A DNA stretch of 63,621 nt, filler included. It is 6 parts of 6 records of this genome, joined end to end, with 100 filler letters (N's around TTAATTAATTAA, not from the genome) between each part and the next. Parts side by side here need not be neighbours in the genome. Positions count along the whole stretch, not along the records: positions 23,495 to 29,229 come from DRR378314_1288; positions 29,330 to 51,500 come from DRR378314_1290; 4 more parts are not named here. One strand, written 5' to 3'. Made by a program: the position numbers and the translations under genes. Each line of letters starts with the position of its first letter. Position 1 is the stretch's first letter. The notes beneath the pieces are model-generated. The model was given only the letters and a program-made list of their open reading frames with translations, was not told where the DNA came from and ran no database searches. Shown here in pieces: positions 23,526 to 32,598 of the stretch.

Positions 23526-23705
23526 CTAATGCTGGCCGCTGGGGCGTGAGCGACGAAGTGCCGCCGCCTGCCGGCGCTCGGCGCGTTGCCGCCACCACTT
23601 CTGGACGCGGCGCTCAAAGGCGTTGAGCAGGCCCAGCGGCGGCATTGCCGGCATGTACAGTTGCGGGTCCGGGTAGTCGCGTTGGATGCGTGGCTTCTGT
23701 TGCAT
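23526..23705 (-). CDS. Small Arg-rich protein, DUF1127-like, divergent from LysR
   Basis: AAGGAGAG RBS before ATG 23705; KWWRQRAERRQ helix; lacks the LxDIG end of DUF1127. Confidence 0.55.
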   Translation of the reverse strand: MQQKPRIQRDYPDPQLYMPAMPPLGLLNAFERRVQKWWRQRAERRQAAALRRSRPSGQH

Positions 23706-23823
23706 GGCTCTCTCCTTCATGACGGTCTCCTTGATCGGTCGTCGACCGGGCACCGCCCCGGCCTATGGAAGAAAGCATGCAGGCTTCACATTGTTAACTC
23801 CAACGAAAAGAATTACATTACCC

Positions 23824-23840
23824 GTTCAGAAATATTGAAC
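23824..23840. promoter_or_regulatory. Putative LysR binding site (T-N11-A)
   Basis: GTTCA-GAAATAT-TGAAC inverted repeat in the AT-rich divergent promoter. Confidence 0.6.
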
Positions 23841-23856
23841 GATCGGAGAGCCCGCC

Positions 23857-24756
23857 ATGACCGTCGCCAAGGCCCGGCCGGAGAACGCCTCGCTGCCCCT
23901 TCTCGACACCGACACCCTGCGTACCTTCGTGGCCATCGCCGAGAACGGCAGCTTCACCCGCGCCGCCCACCAGGTGTTCCGCACCCCTTCCGCGTTGAGC
24001 ATGCAGATCAAACGCCTGGAGGAGACCCTGGGCCAGAGCCTGTTCATACGCGAGGCGCGCCGGGTGTCCCTGACGCCGGAGGGCGAAGTGCTGCTCGGCT
24101 ACGGACGCCGGCTGCTCAAGCTCAACGAGGAAGCGGTGGGCCGGTTTCTGGCGCCGTCCCTGGAAGGCAGCGTGCGCCTGGGCACGCCGGACGATGTGGG
24201 CACCCGGGTGCTGCCCCAGGTGCTGACCCGCTTCGCGCGCTCGCACCCGGCGGTGCAGGTGAACGTCAACGCCGGGCGCAGCGTCGACCTGCTGAAACGG
24301 CTGGACGACGGCGAGCTGGATCTGGCGCTGGTGACCCTGGGCCACAGCGACCTGAGCGCCAAACGCGGCGAGGTGGTGCACACCGAGCCGCTGGTCTGGG
24401 CCGGCCGCGACGGCGGCGTGGCGGTGCAGCGCTCGCCGCTGCCGCTGTCATTGGCCAACCACGGCTGTGCCTGGCGGGAGATGGCGCTGGGCGCGCTGGA
24501 TAAGGCGGAAATCAGCTACCGGGTGGCGTATAACAGCGAGCACTGCGCCGGCCAGGAAGCGGCCATGCTGGCCGACCTGGCGGTGGCGCCCTTCCCCGCC
24601 AGCCTGGTGCAGCCGCCGCTGCGCGTGCTGGGCCCGGAAAACGGCCTGCCCGCCCTGGGTGATTACCAGATCGCGCTGGTGCGCCGCGACGGCTCCGGCC
24701 CCGCCGCCGAGGCGCTGGCGGAACAGGTGGTGCAAACCTTCCGCGAGCGGCGCTGA
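23857..24756 (+). CDS. LysR-family transcriptional regulator (LrhA-like)
   Basis: LRTFVAIAENGSFTRAA...PSALSMQIKRLEE HTH plus substrate-binding domain. Confidence 0.95.
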   Translation: MTVAKARPENASLPLLDTDTLRTFVAIAENGSFTRAAHQVFRTPSALSMQIKRLEETLGQSLFIREARRVSLTPEGEVLLGYGRRLLKLNEEAVGRFLAPSLEGSVRLGTPDDVGTRVLPQVLTRFARSHPAVQVNVNAGRSVDLLKRLDDGELDLALVTLGHSDLSAKRGEVVHTEPLVWAGRDGGVAVQRSPLPLSLANHGCAWREMALGALDKAEISYRVAYNSEHCAGQEAAMLADLAVAPFPASLVQPPLRVLGPENGLPALGDYQIALVRRDGSGPAAEALAEQVVQTFRERR

Positions 24757-24774
24757 CACGCGCCGCCCCGGAAC

Positions 24775-26316
24775 TCAGGGGTCGAGCTCTTCCTTGCCCT
24801 TCCAGACCAGGCTGTACAGGTCCTTGCGGCGGTCACGGATATTGGTGACCGAGCCTTCGCTGTGCAGCAGCTTGAGCTTTTCCAGGTCGATGTCGGCGAA
24901 CAGCAGCATCTCGGTGTTGGGCACCGACTCGCTGATGGTGCCGTCGTGGGGGAAGTAAAAATCACTGGGCGAGAACACCGCGGACTGGGCGTACTGAATG
25001 TCCACGTTGTCGACGCGCGGCAGGTTCCCGACGCTGCCGGAAATCGCCACGTAGCATTCGTTCTCGATCGCCCGCGCCTGGGCGCAATGACGCACCCGCA
25101 GGTAGCCGTTCTTGGTGTCGGTCCAGAACGGCACGAACAGAATCTCCATGCCCTGCTCGGCGAGCAGCCGGCCCAGCTCCGGGAATTCCACGTCGTAGCA
25201 GATCAGAATGCCGATGCGGCCGGCGTCGGTGTCGAAAATACGCAGGCCGTCACCGCCCTGGATCGCCCAGTCCTTGCGCTCGTGGGGGGTGATGTGAATC
25301 TTCTTCTGCTGCTCCACCGAGCCGTCGCGGCGCATCAGATAGGCGACGTTGTAAATGCGCCCGTCCTCTTCCAGCGGCATGGAGCCGCCGATGATGTTGA
25401 TGTTGTAGCTCACCGCCATGTCCGCCATGGCGTCGCGGATTTCCTCGGTGAAGCTGGCCAGGTATCGCACCGCTTCCACGGAATTGAGGTCGGTCTTGAG
25501 GCCCATCAGCGGCGCGCTGAAGAATTCCGGCAACACGGCGAAATCGGCCCGGTAATCGGACAGCGAATCGATGAAGAACTCCACCTGGCTGAGCAGGTCT
25601 TCCACCGAGCGCGCGCTGCGCATGCGGCGCTGCACCACGCCCAGGCGCACCACCGAGCGGCGCGGCCAGTCGCCGTCGTCCTCCGGCTGATAGAGGATAT
25701 TGTCCCACTCCAGCAGGGTGGCGTAGCCGCGCGAGCTTTCGTCCTCGGGCAGGTACTTCACCAGCAGGCGCTTGACGTCGAAACCGTTGGACAGCTGGAA
25801 GGTCAGAATCGGATCGTAAATGGTGCGGGCTTCCACTTCGGCGATGTACTCGGTCACCGTCATCTTGTCCGCGTAGTTGGTGTAGCCGGGCAGACGGCCG
25901 CCGGCCAGAATCGCCCGCAGGTTTTCTTCCCGGCACAGATCCTTGCGCGCCTCATAGAGCCGCCGGCCCAGGCGGTAACCCCGGTACTCGGGGTCCACGA
26001 ACACGTCCAGGCCGTACAGCGCATCGCCCTTGCGGCTGTGCGAGCGCACCTTGTCGTCGGTGATCAGGTCTTCGTAGCGGTGCGGGTTGGAGAACCGGTC
26101 GTAGCTCACCTTTACCGTCAACGCCGTGGCGATCAGCGTGCCGTTGTCCTCGATCACCAACTGCCCTTCCGGGAACAACCGGATCAGGGTGGCAATGGTT
26201 TCCTCGGGCCAGGCACCGCCGATGTCGTGGTACACCTGATCCATCAACCGGGCCAGCGCCGGGTAGTCTTCCAGGGTCAGTTGCCGCAGACGCAGGCGAG
26301 TGCTTTCTTCAGCCAT
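24775..26316 (-). CDS. Bifunctional GNAT acetyltransferase / carbon-nitrogen hydrolase
   Basis: GNAT motif A VDPEYRGYRLGRRL; nitrilase triad E (LPEFF), K (QKKIH), C (ICYDVEFPE). Confidence 0.92.
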   Translation of the reverse strand: MAEESTRLRLRQLTLEDYPALARLMDQVYHDIGGAWPEETIATLIRLFPEGQLVIEDNGTLIATALTVKVSYDRFSNPHRYEDLITDDKVRSHSRKGDALYGLDVFVDPEYRGYRLGRRLYEARKDLCREENLRAILAGGRLPGYTNYADKMTVTEYIAEVEARTIYDPILTFQLSNGFDVKRLLVKYLPEDESSRGYATLLEWDNILYQPEDDGDWPRRSVVRLGVVQRRMRSARSVEDLLSQVEFFIDSLSDYRADFAVLPEFFSAPLMGLKTDLNSVEAVRYLASFTEEIRDAMADMAVSYNINIIGGSMPLEEDGRIYNVAYLMRRDGSVEQQKKIHITPHERKDWAIQGGDGLRIFDTDAGRIGILICYDVEFPELGRLLAEQGMEILFVPFWTDTKNGYLRVRHCAQARAIENECYVAISGSVGNLPRVDNVDIQYAQSAVFSPSDFYFPHDGTISESVPNTEMLLFADIDLEKLKLLHSEGSVTNIRDRRKDLYSLVWKGKEELDP

Positions 26317-26346
26317 GGATCTCTCCAGTGAAGGAACCGGCGGTTC

Positions 26347-26721
26347 CTAGGAATTAAGGGGTGGAAACGGGATTACCCACTGGCAATCACGGTTGTGCAG
26401 CGCATCCAGGCTGCTAGCGTACAGCGCCACGCCATCCGGGCGTATGAACATGGCGGCGCCGGAACGCAGGCCGATAAAACCGGACACCTGCTCGACCACA
26501 TAGCCGTCCGGCTCTTCGAACTCGCAGCGCAGCGCCTCGGGAATCGGCTCGTAGCCGACCAGACCATTGGCGAGCGGGTCTTCCACGGCGCGCCGGTCAC
26601 GGTACAGACCCACCGCGTCGGCGCCGATCAGCAGCACCATGCCCTGGTGGAAATGCAGCAAATTGACAGGTCCCCGGGCCGGCAGGGAAAGTGTTTCCTG
26701 CCTTGAGATGATGGTATCCAT
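26347..26721 (-). CDS. Hypothetical 124-aa protein with internal duplication
   Basis: GGAG RBS before ATG 26721; fills the gap between cobB and the GNAT-nitrilase. Confidence 0.65.
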   Translation of the reverse strand: MDTIISRQETLSLPARGPVNLLHFHQGMVLLIGADAVGLYRDRRAVEDPLANGLVGYEPIPEALRCEFEEPDGYVVEQVSGFIGLRSGAAMFIRPDGVALYASSLDALHNRDCQWVIPFPPLNS

Positions 26722-26763
26722 AACACTCCACGGTAACGAAGAAGACAGGCGGAGGCAGCAGCC

Positions 26764-27492
26764 ATGCAGGAAAGGATTGTAATACTTACCGGCGCCGGAA
26801 TCTCGGCGGAATCCGGTATCAATACGTTTCGCGACGCCGGCGGCCTGTGGGAAAACCACCGCATCGAGGACGTGGCCACCCCGGAAGCCTTCCAGCGCGA
26901 TCCGCATGGCGTGCAAAGCTTCTACAACCGCCGCCGTGAACAATTGCGTGACCCGGCGATCCAGCCCAATGCCGCCCACCGGGCCCTGGCCGAGCTGGAG
27001 CAGGCGCTGCCCGGCCAGGTGCTGGTGGTGACCCAGAACGTGGACGACCTGCACGAGCGCGCCGGCAGCCGGAACGTCATCCACATGCACGGCGAGCTGC
27101 TCAAGGCGCGCTGCCAGAGCACCGATACCCTGGTGCCCGCCGACCGCGATCTGGACCCGGCCCTGAGCTGCACCGTGTGCGGCGCCGCCGGCTGCCTGCG
27201 CCCCCATGTGGTGTGGTTCGGTGAAATGCCCCTGGAGATGGAGCGCATCTACGCCACCCTGGCCGGCTGCGAGCGTTTTATCAGCATCGGCACCAGCGGC
27301 AACGTCTACCCGGCCGCCGGCTTCGTGGCGGAAGCGCGGGCCAGCGGCGCGCACACCACCGAACTCAACCTGGAGCCCTCGGAGCAGCTCACCGCGTTCC
27401 ACGAACACCGTCACGGGCGCGCCACCGAGCTGGTGCCCGCCTATGTCCGCGAACTGCTCAGCGATACCAGCGCCACTCTATCCCGGCAATAG
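26764..27492 (+). CDS. cobB: NAD-dependent protein deacylase (sirtuin)
   Basis: GAGISAESGI, QNVDDLH, HMHG, PHVVWFGE, GTSGNVYPAA; YxxR (YNRR) class III signature. Confidence 0.96.
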   Translation: MQERIVILTGAGISAESGINTFRDAGGLWENHRIEDVATPEAFQRDPHGVQSFYNRRREQLRDPAIQPNAAHRALAELEQALPGQVLVVTQNVDDLHERAGSRNVIHMHGELLKARCQSTDTLVPADRDLDPALSCTVCGAAGCLRPHVVWFGEMPLEMERIYATLAGCERFISIGTSGNVYPAAGFVAEARASGAHTTELNLEPSEQLTAFHEHRHGRATELVPAYVRELLSDTSATLSRQ

Positions 27493-27565
27493 GCTGATTC
27501 CTGCAACGGATTCGGCTAGACTGCCAAAATCCGTCGACACCGAAATAACAGGCATAGCCAGACTC

Positions 27566-28639
27566 ATGAGCCAGAAGCAATTAGACGATCTCAACATCGA
27601 ATCCCAGGAGGTGCTGATCACCCCCCGGGCCCTGAAGGAAAAGCTGCCGCTCAGCGAAGCGGCGGCGGAAACCGTATTCCAGGGTCGCCAGCAGATCCGC
27701 GACATCCTCGACCGCAAGGATCCGCGCCTGTTCGTGGTGATCGGCCCCTGCTCCATCCATGACCCGAAAGCGGCCATGGAATACGCCGAGCGGCTCAAGA
27801 AGCTGGCCGCCGAGGTGGACGACGCCCTGTTTCTGGTACTGCGCGTGTACTTCGAAAAGCCGCGCACCACGGTGGGCTGGAAGGGTCTGATCAACGACCC
27901 TTACATGAACGACTCCTTCAAAGTGCAGGACGGCCTGCACATTGCCCGCAAGCTGCTGCTGGACGTGGCCGAGCTGGGCCTGCCGGCGGCCACCGAGGCG
28001 CTCGACCCGACCACCCCGCAGTACATGCAGGACCTGATCTCCTGGTCGGCGATCGGCGCGCGCACCACCGAATCCCAGACCCACCGGGAGATGTCTTCCG
28101 GCCTGTCCGGCCCGGTGGGCTTCAAGAACGGCACCGACGGCAGCCTGGACGTGGCGGTCAACGCCATGCTCAGCGTCAAGCACCCGCACCGTTTCCTGGG
28201 CATCGACCCGGACGGCCGCGTGGCGCTGACCACCACCAAGGGCAACCCCTACGCCCATGTGGTGCTGCGCGGCGGCGGCGGCAAACCCAACTACGATTCG
28301 GTGTCCGTGGCCCTGGCGGAGAGCGCTCTGGAGAAAGCCGGTGTGTCCACCAACATCATGGTGGATTGCTCCCACGCCAACTCCAACAAGGACCCGAACC
28401 TGCAGCCGCTGGTGATGGAAAACATCGGCAACCAGATTCTGGAAGGCAACAAGTCGATTGTCGGCCTGATGGTGGAATCCCACCTCAAGGGCGGCAACCA
28501 GAAGCTGCCGGCCAATCTGGACGATCTGGAATACGGCGTGTCGGTGACCGACGGCTGCATCGCCTGGGACACCACCGAGCAGAGCATCCGCGATCTCGCC
28601 GACAAGGTGCGCGACACCCTGCCCCGCCGGAATCAGTAG
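27566..28639 (+). CDS. DAHP synthase class I-alpha (AroF/G/H family)
   Basis: GPCSIHD, RVYFEKPRTTVGWKG, IGARTTESQTHRE, DCSHANS. Confidence 0.96.
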   Translation: MSQKQLDDLNIESQEVLITPRALKEKLPLSEAAAETVFQGRQQIRDILDRKDPRLFVVIGPCSIHDPKAAMEYAERLKKLAAEVDDALFLVLRVYFEKPRTTVGWKGLINDPYMNDSFKVQDGLHIARKLLLDVAELGLPAATEALDPTTPQYMQDLISWSAIGARTTESQTHREMSSGLSGPVGFKNGTDGSLDVAVNAMLSVKHPHRFLGIDPDGRVALTTTKGNPYAHVVLRGGGGKPNYDSVSVALAESALEKAGVSTNIMVDCSHANSNKDPNLQPLVMENIGNQILEGNKSIVGLMVESHLKGGNQKLPANLDDLEYGVSVTDGCIAWDTTEQSIRDLADKVRDTLPRRNQ

Positions 28640-28645
28640 CCAGCC

Positions 28646-28671
28646 TTTCGCTTGCAAGGCAAGCTGCCACA
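28646..28671 (-). repeat. REP-like palindrome, copy 2
   Basis: TTTCGCTTGCAAGGCAAGCTGCCACA, nearly identical to 23495-23519. Confidence 0.7.
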
Positions 28672-28710
28672 AAAAAAGCCCCGGCCATTCGGCCGGGGCT
28701 TTTTTGTTTT
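28671..28710. terminator. Bidirectional rho-independent terminator
   Basis: AAAAAAAGCCCCGGCC-ATTC-GGCCGGGGCTTTTTT. Confidence 0.92.
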
Positions 28711-28764
28711 CGGGGACCGGCCCCCGCCGCGAACGGCGGGACACCGATCAAACCGTGGTTGCCG

Positions 28765-29229
28765 TTACGGCGCCAGACCGCCGAGCAGGTCCGGCAGGCC
28801 GGTCAGCAGTTCGGGCAGGTTCTGCCCCGCTTCCAGCAAACATTCGAACGGCAGGGTCGGGCTGAGGCCGCCGGCGCCGGCTTCCGGGCACAGCTGCCCG
28901 GTCACCGGATCAGCGGAGCCTTCACCGCCTTCACCGCCGCCCAGGCCGCCGAGCAGGTCCTGGAGCTGGCTCAGGCTACCGCCGGCTTCCATCAGGCAGT
29001 CCAGCGGCGTGGTCGGACCCACTTCGTCTTCCAGTGCCAGCGGGCAGATCTGCGCCAGGCCGTCGCTCAAACCCGGGATTTCCGGGATGCCGCCGGTGCC
29101 GCCGTCGCCACCGGGGGCGCCGGGCAGGTTGCCCAGGGCTTCGGTGAAGCAGGCCGCCGGATCAAGCTGCTCGGCGCCGGAGGCCGCCGGGCACAGCGCG
29201 TCGGTGAGCGGGTTGCTGCCGCCCAGGCC
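28765..29229 (-). CDS. Gly-rich protein with Cys-pair repeats, 5'-truncated
   Basis: Open frame to the contig end with GC3-rich codons; three CP-x12-14-C[FL]xEA units. Confidence 0.75.
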   Translation of the reverse strand, partial: GLGGSNPLTDALCPAASGAEQLDPAACFTEALGNLPGAPGGDGGTGGIPEIPGLSDGLAQICPLALEDEVGPTTPLDCLMEAGGSLSQLQDLLGGLGGGEGGEGSADPVTGQLCPEAGAGGLSPTLPFECLLEAGQNLPELLTGLPDLLGGLAP

Positions 29230-29329
29230 NNNNNNNNNNNNNNNNNNNNNNNNNNNNNNNNNNNNNNNNNNNNTTAATTAATTAANNNNNNNNNNNNNNN
29301 NNNNNNNNNNNNNNNNNNNNNNNNNNNNN
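29230..29329. other. Artificial contig spacer
   Basis: Ns plus TTAATTAATTAA. Confidence 0.97.
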
Positions 29330-29558
29330 AGCTAATTGTGTTTATCAAACTAAACAAAAGTCAAAGAAGGACAATTACTTAGTGCAGATGTGTCCTTTAT
29401 CTTGACAATCTTTTCAATCTTCTTGTAAGCCGTCCTATGTCATCAATCACTTTTCAATAGGTGCCAGCCATGACAATGATTCCCCGAAGGCCAAATTTCT
29501 GAACATCCAAGCCTATTAGGTCCATATTGTGCCCAGAAATACAATAAGAACGAGGTGG

Positions 29559-29585
29559 TGATGACATTTTTAAAAGGGTTCGATA
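29559..29585 (+). promoter_or_regulatory. Putative ECF-sigma promoter, copy 1
   Basis: TGATGACA-TTTTTAAAAGGGTT-CGATA (14-nt spacer), 33 nt before ATG 29619. Confidence 0.72.
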
Positions 29586-29618
29586 TATGGGTATATATGA
29601 AACCTTAAACCATCGATT

Positions 29619-30851
29619 ATGAGAACACCGTCTTTTTTTGGGTATGGTCGGCTGTTGCCCGTCTTACTCTTAACATTGTTGATTTCCTGTAGTTCTGGGG
29701 ATGGAGAGGCACCACCCGAGCCCAACAGCAATCCAAACCAAAACCTTGATCCTGAACCGGAGCCTGAGCCCGAACCCGAACCCGTAACACAAAATGATAT
29801 CGGTGTGGTCGATGACGCAGTATCCGGATTTATGGCCCAGTATGGAGTCCCCGGGGCCGCCTTGGCCGTCAGCGTGGAGGAAAAAATGGTCTATTCCAAA
29901 GGATACGGCAAGGCCAATGTGGAGAACGATATCGATGTGTCGCCGGATCACCTTTTTCGGATAGCCAGTATCTCAAAGGTGTTTACGGCAACGGCCATAC
30001 TAAAGCTTGTAGATGATGGCTTGGTGTCCCTGGATGAACCTGTCTTCGGCCCCGAGGGTATATTGGGGGGTGATTTTGGGACAGCGGTTCTCACCGAGGA
30101 TGAACTCGACATTACCGTGGATGACCTCTTGTTGCATGCTTCAGGCGGTTGGGGCACATCCACCGGGGGAGATCCCATTGACTACCAGCCCAATCTTGGG
30201 GCTTCCGATTTTATCGAGTATGTATTGAACAACTGGTCGCTGAGCAATGCCCCGGGAGAGGTGTTCAGCTATAGCAACATGGGATATTGGCTTTTGGCTC
30301 GAATCATTGAGGAAAGGTCCGGTGAACCCTATGAAGCATACCTCAAAGGGCTGCTTTCACCCTTGGGGATAAACTCGTTTGAGGTAACGAACTTTCGGGA
30401 GGATGACCTGGGGGCAAATGAAGTACATTATTATGGCGCAGAGGGCGATGCACCATACATTTTCACGATTGCCTCGAGAAGGGATGGAGATGCCGGTGTT
30501 GTGATCAGTGCGCCAGATTTGCTACGATTTTTGTGCGCCATCGATGGGGCACCGGAGAGACCCGATCTATTGACCTCTGGTTCAACAGCATTATTGTCCG
30601 AGACCACCGAACTGTCCAATCTGGGCAGGGGTCTAGCCGTGTGGCCGGAACAGCAATTGACCTATTTTACGGGAAGTCTTCCGGGAAACCGTTCGTGGAT
30701 GATGATCGCTGAAAATGGACATACCGCCACCATTGTTTTGAACATGAGAAGGACGGATACCTCGGCTTTCGATAACGACCTGCAATCCCTCCTATTGAAT
30801 ATCGTGAAGGATGGAAACATTCCATGGCAAACCGATTTGAACCAGTTCTAG
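29619..30851 (+). CDS. Serine hydrolase (beta-lactamase class C-like) lipoprotein
   Basis: Lipobox LISC, (PE)n linker, SxxK (SISK), YSN motif. Confidence 0.9.
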   Translation: MRTPSFFGYGRLLPVLLLTLLISCSSGDGEAPPEPNSNPNQNLDPEPEPEPEPEPVTQNDIGVVDDAVSGFMAQYGVPGAALAVSVEEKMVYSKGYGKANVENDIDVSPDHLFRIASISKVFTATAILKLVDDGLVSLDEPVFGPEGILGGDFGTAVLTEDELDITVDDLLLHASGGWGTSTGGDPIDYQPNLGASDFIEYVLNNWSLSNAPGEVFSYSNMGYWLLARIIEERSGEPYEAYLKGLLSPLGINSFEVTNFREDDLGANEVHYYGAEGDAPYIFTIASRRDGDAGVVISAPDLLRFLCAIDGAPERPDLLTSGSTALLSETTELSNLGRGLAVWPEQQLTYFTGSLPGNRSWMMIAENGHTATIVLNMRRTDTSAFDNDLQSLLLNIVKDGNIPWQTDLNQF

Positions 30852-30874
30852 GTGGTTCGTTCAAAACCCATATT

Positions 30875-32134
30875 ATGACTACAAAAACCTTAAAAATTAA
30901 ACACAGCCTTATGAAAAGACCAATGCTAATGGTGATTTCCTGTCTCTTGATCGTTTCCTGTTGGGGAAGATATAGTACCAATGCAGACGAAGTGGATGCC
31001 GAAGAAACCGGATATTTCGATAGGACCATTGATGAGGAGTTGGAAGATGATACGCTGGATGGCCGGGAATACGGGCTGTCTTCAGCGCTTGCACCTTCAA
31101 GCTCCACCAAAACACATCAACTAATAGATGCCCGGACAGGCCTTGTAGTGAACAGTACCGAATATCCCTCCAATTGGAATGTGATTTCCAAGCCTTCCTA
31201 TACCATTGATCAAAAGCTGCCCACTTTTTTGATACAGATCACGGGCCCGGACCACTTGAATAGTTTCAATACCCCCATTGCATATCATGTCGATTACCAA
31301 GACCCACAAATGGCCCAATTGATGTACAATACCCCCTATGGTAAAATGATCAGACACTTGGCCAGTCCCCAACAGATTTTCAACGAGGAGGTAAAGGGCC
31401 GTATGGCCAAGAGTGGTTTTGAATATCTGGGGGATCGTGAACAGCCCGAAGTGACACGGTACCTCAGGAACAAGATCGCCTCCAAATCAGGGATGGACAC
31501 GGCCCTATCGATCTACAATACCGAGTGGAAAAATTCCAAGGGCCAAAAGGCCATGACAAGTGTTTCGGTCATAAGCATGGAACAGCCGACCATATCCGGC
31601 AACATGATGGTCTGGTTCTATACGGTCAATTACACCTTTGTGGATGAATCTGCATATGAAAAGACACTTGAACTGATGAAGGCGGCCACCTTCAGCTATA
31701 GGGAAAACCCACAATGGGAAGAATATGTGAACCGATTGGGGCAGCAAAGGGCACGGGAAAATCAAAGAAGGGCACAATTGGCAGCCGCCCAGCATCAAAA
31801 CAGGATGCAGGCAAGGTGGAGCGCTTTCAATGCACATCAGGACAAAATGAAGGGGATTTGGGCCGCCCAGGATGCCAACCATGCTTCCTTTATGAACCGG
31901 AATTTTGGTGCAGGCAGCGATACGGGCCAACGCCAGTTCATCAATATGATCAATGAAGAGGAAACGGTGTACAATCCGCTTACCGGAAACAATTATCAAG
32001 TGAACGCAGGCTCCACGGAGTATTGGATGGACAGTGATGGGAATTACATCCGCAACGATGATCTATTCTATACCCCAAATGGGGACATCAATCTCAATAA
32101 CCGCGAATGGGTCAGGGTCGAGAACGCCCATTGA
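30875..32134 (+). CDS. Hypothetical, probable lipoprotein
   Basis: Long ORF, lipobox-like IVSC, Gln/Ala-rich coiled segment, C-terminal YNPLTGNNYQV...YWMDSDGNYI region; start may be 30911. Confidence 0.8.
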   Translation: MTTKTLKIKHSLMKRPMLMVISCLLIVSCWGRYSTNADEVDAEETGYFDRTIDEELEDDTLDGREYGLSSALAPSSSTKTHQLIDARTGLVVNSTEYPSNWNVISKPSYTIDQKLPTFLIQITGPDHLNSFNTPIAYHVDYQDPQMAQLMYNTPYGKMIRHLASPQQIFNEEVKGRMAKSGFEYLGDREQPEVTRYLRNKIASKSGMDTALSIYNTEWKNSKGQKAMTSVSVISMEQPTISGNMMVWFYTVNYTFVDESAYEKTLELMKAATFSYRENPQWEEYVNRLGQQRARENQRRAQLAAAQHQNRMQARWSAFNAHQDKMKGIWAAQDANHASFMNRNFGAGSDTGQRQFINMINEEETVYNPLTGNNYQVNAGSTEYWMDSDGNYIRNDDLFYTPNGDINLNNREWVRVENAH

Positions 32135-32158
32135 TGACATTTTTGAATAACCACGATA
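32132..32158 (+). promoter_or_regulatory. Putative ECF-sigma promoter, copy 2
   Basis: TGATGACA-TTTTTGAATAACCA-CGATA (14-nt spacer), 26 nt before ATG 32185. Confidence 0.72.
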
Positions 32159-32184
32159 TGTAATAAACCTCTAAACTCAAAGCA

Positions 32185-32565
32185 ATGAAACATGTTAAAA
32201 TAATTTATGTGATCCTTGTCCTTGCTGTTGGCCTATCCTGTTCAACTGATAACGGCAATGAATCCCAAGAACAGGCCATCTTCGCAGGAAATTGGTCAGG
32301 AACCTATACGGGGGGTGACAGCGGCACTTGGACCGCAACCATCGACTCGAACGGCTCGGTGGAGGGGGAGGCCTTTTCCAATAATATGCAACAATCCCTT
32401 CCCTTGAACGGCAGTATTGATACCTCTGGGGATTTCAGGGCCACGGTGGGTTCGGCGATGAACGGTGCAACATTTAAAGGTGCCTTTGCCTCAAATCGGG
32501 GCAGTGGCACATGGGAGAACAACACGGACCAAATTTCAGGTAGTTGGACAGGAACCAAGGATTAA
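32185..32565 (+). CDS. Small beta-rich lipoprotein
   Basis: Lipobox GLSC; repeated GxW motifs (GNWSG, SGTWT, SGTWE, SGSWT). Confidence 0.85.
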   Translation: MKHVKIIYVILVLAVGLSCSTDNGNESQEQAIFAGNWSGTYTGGDSGTWTATIDSNGSVEGEAFSNNMQQSLPLNGSIDTSGDFRATVGSAMNGATFKGAFASNRGSGTWENNTDQISGSWTGTKD

Positions 32566-32598
32566 TTAAAAACGAGAACCGAATATAATACACCAAAT

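Noticed and set aside
11000-24000. Apparent bacterium-eukaryote gene transfer from adjacent bacterial and intron-containing genes
   Set aside because: The adjacency exists only across artificial spacers
29437-29445. Fourth TGATGACAT on the minus strand
   Set aside because: It lacks CGATA at the 14-nt spacing (AGAAG instead), so it is a half-site only
29749-29783. Tandem CCNGAR hexamers
   Set aside because: Encodes the (PE)n lipoprotein linker with synonymous variation; not a separate element
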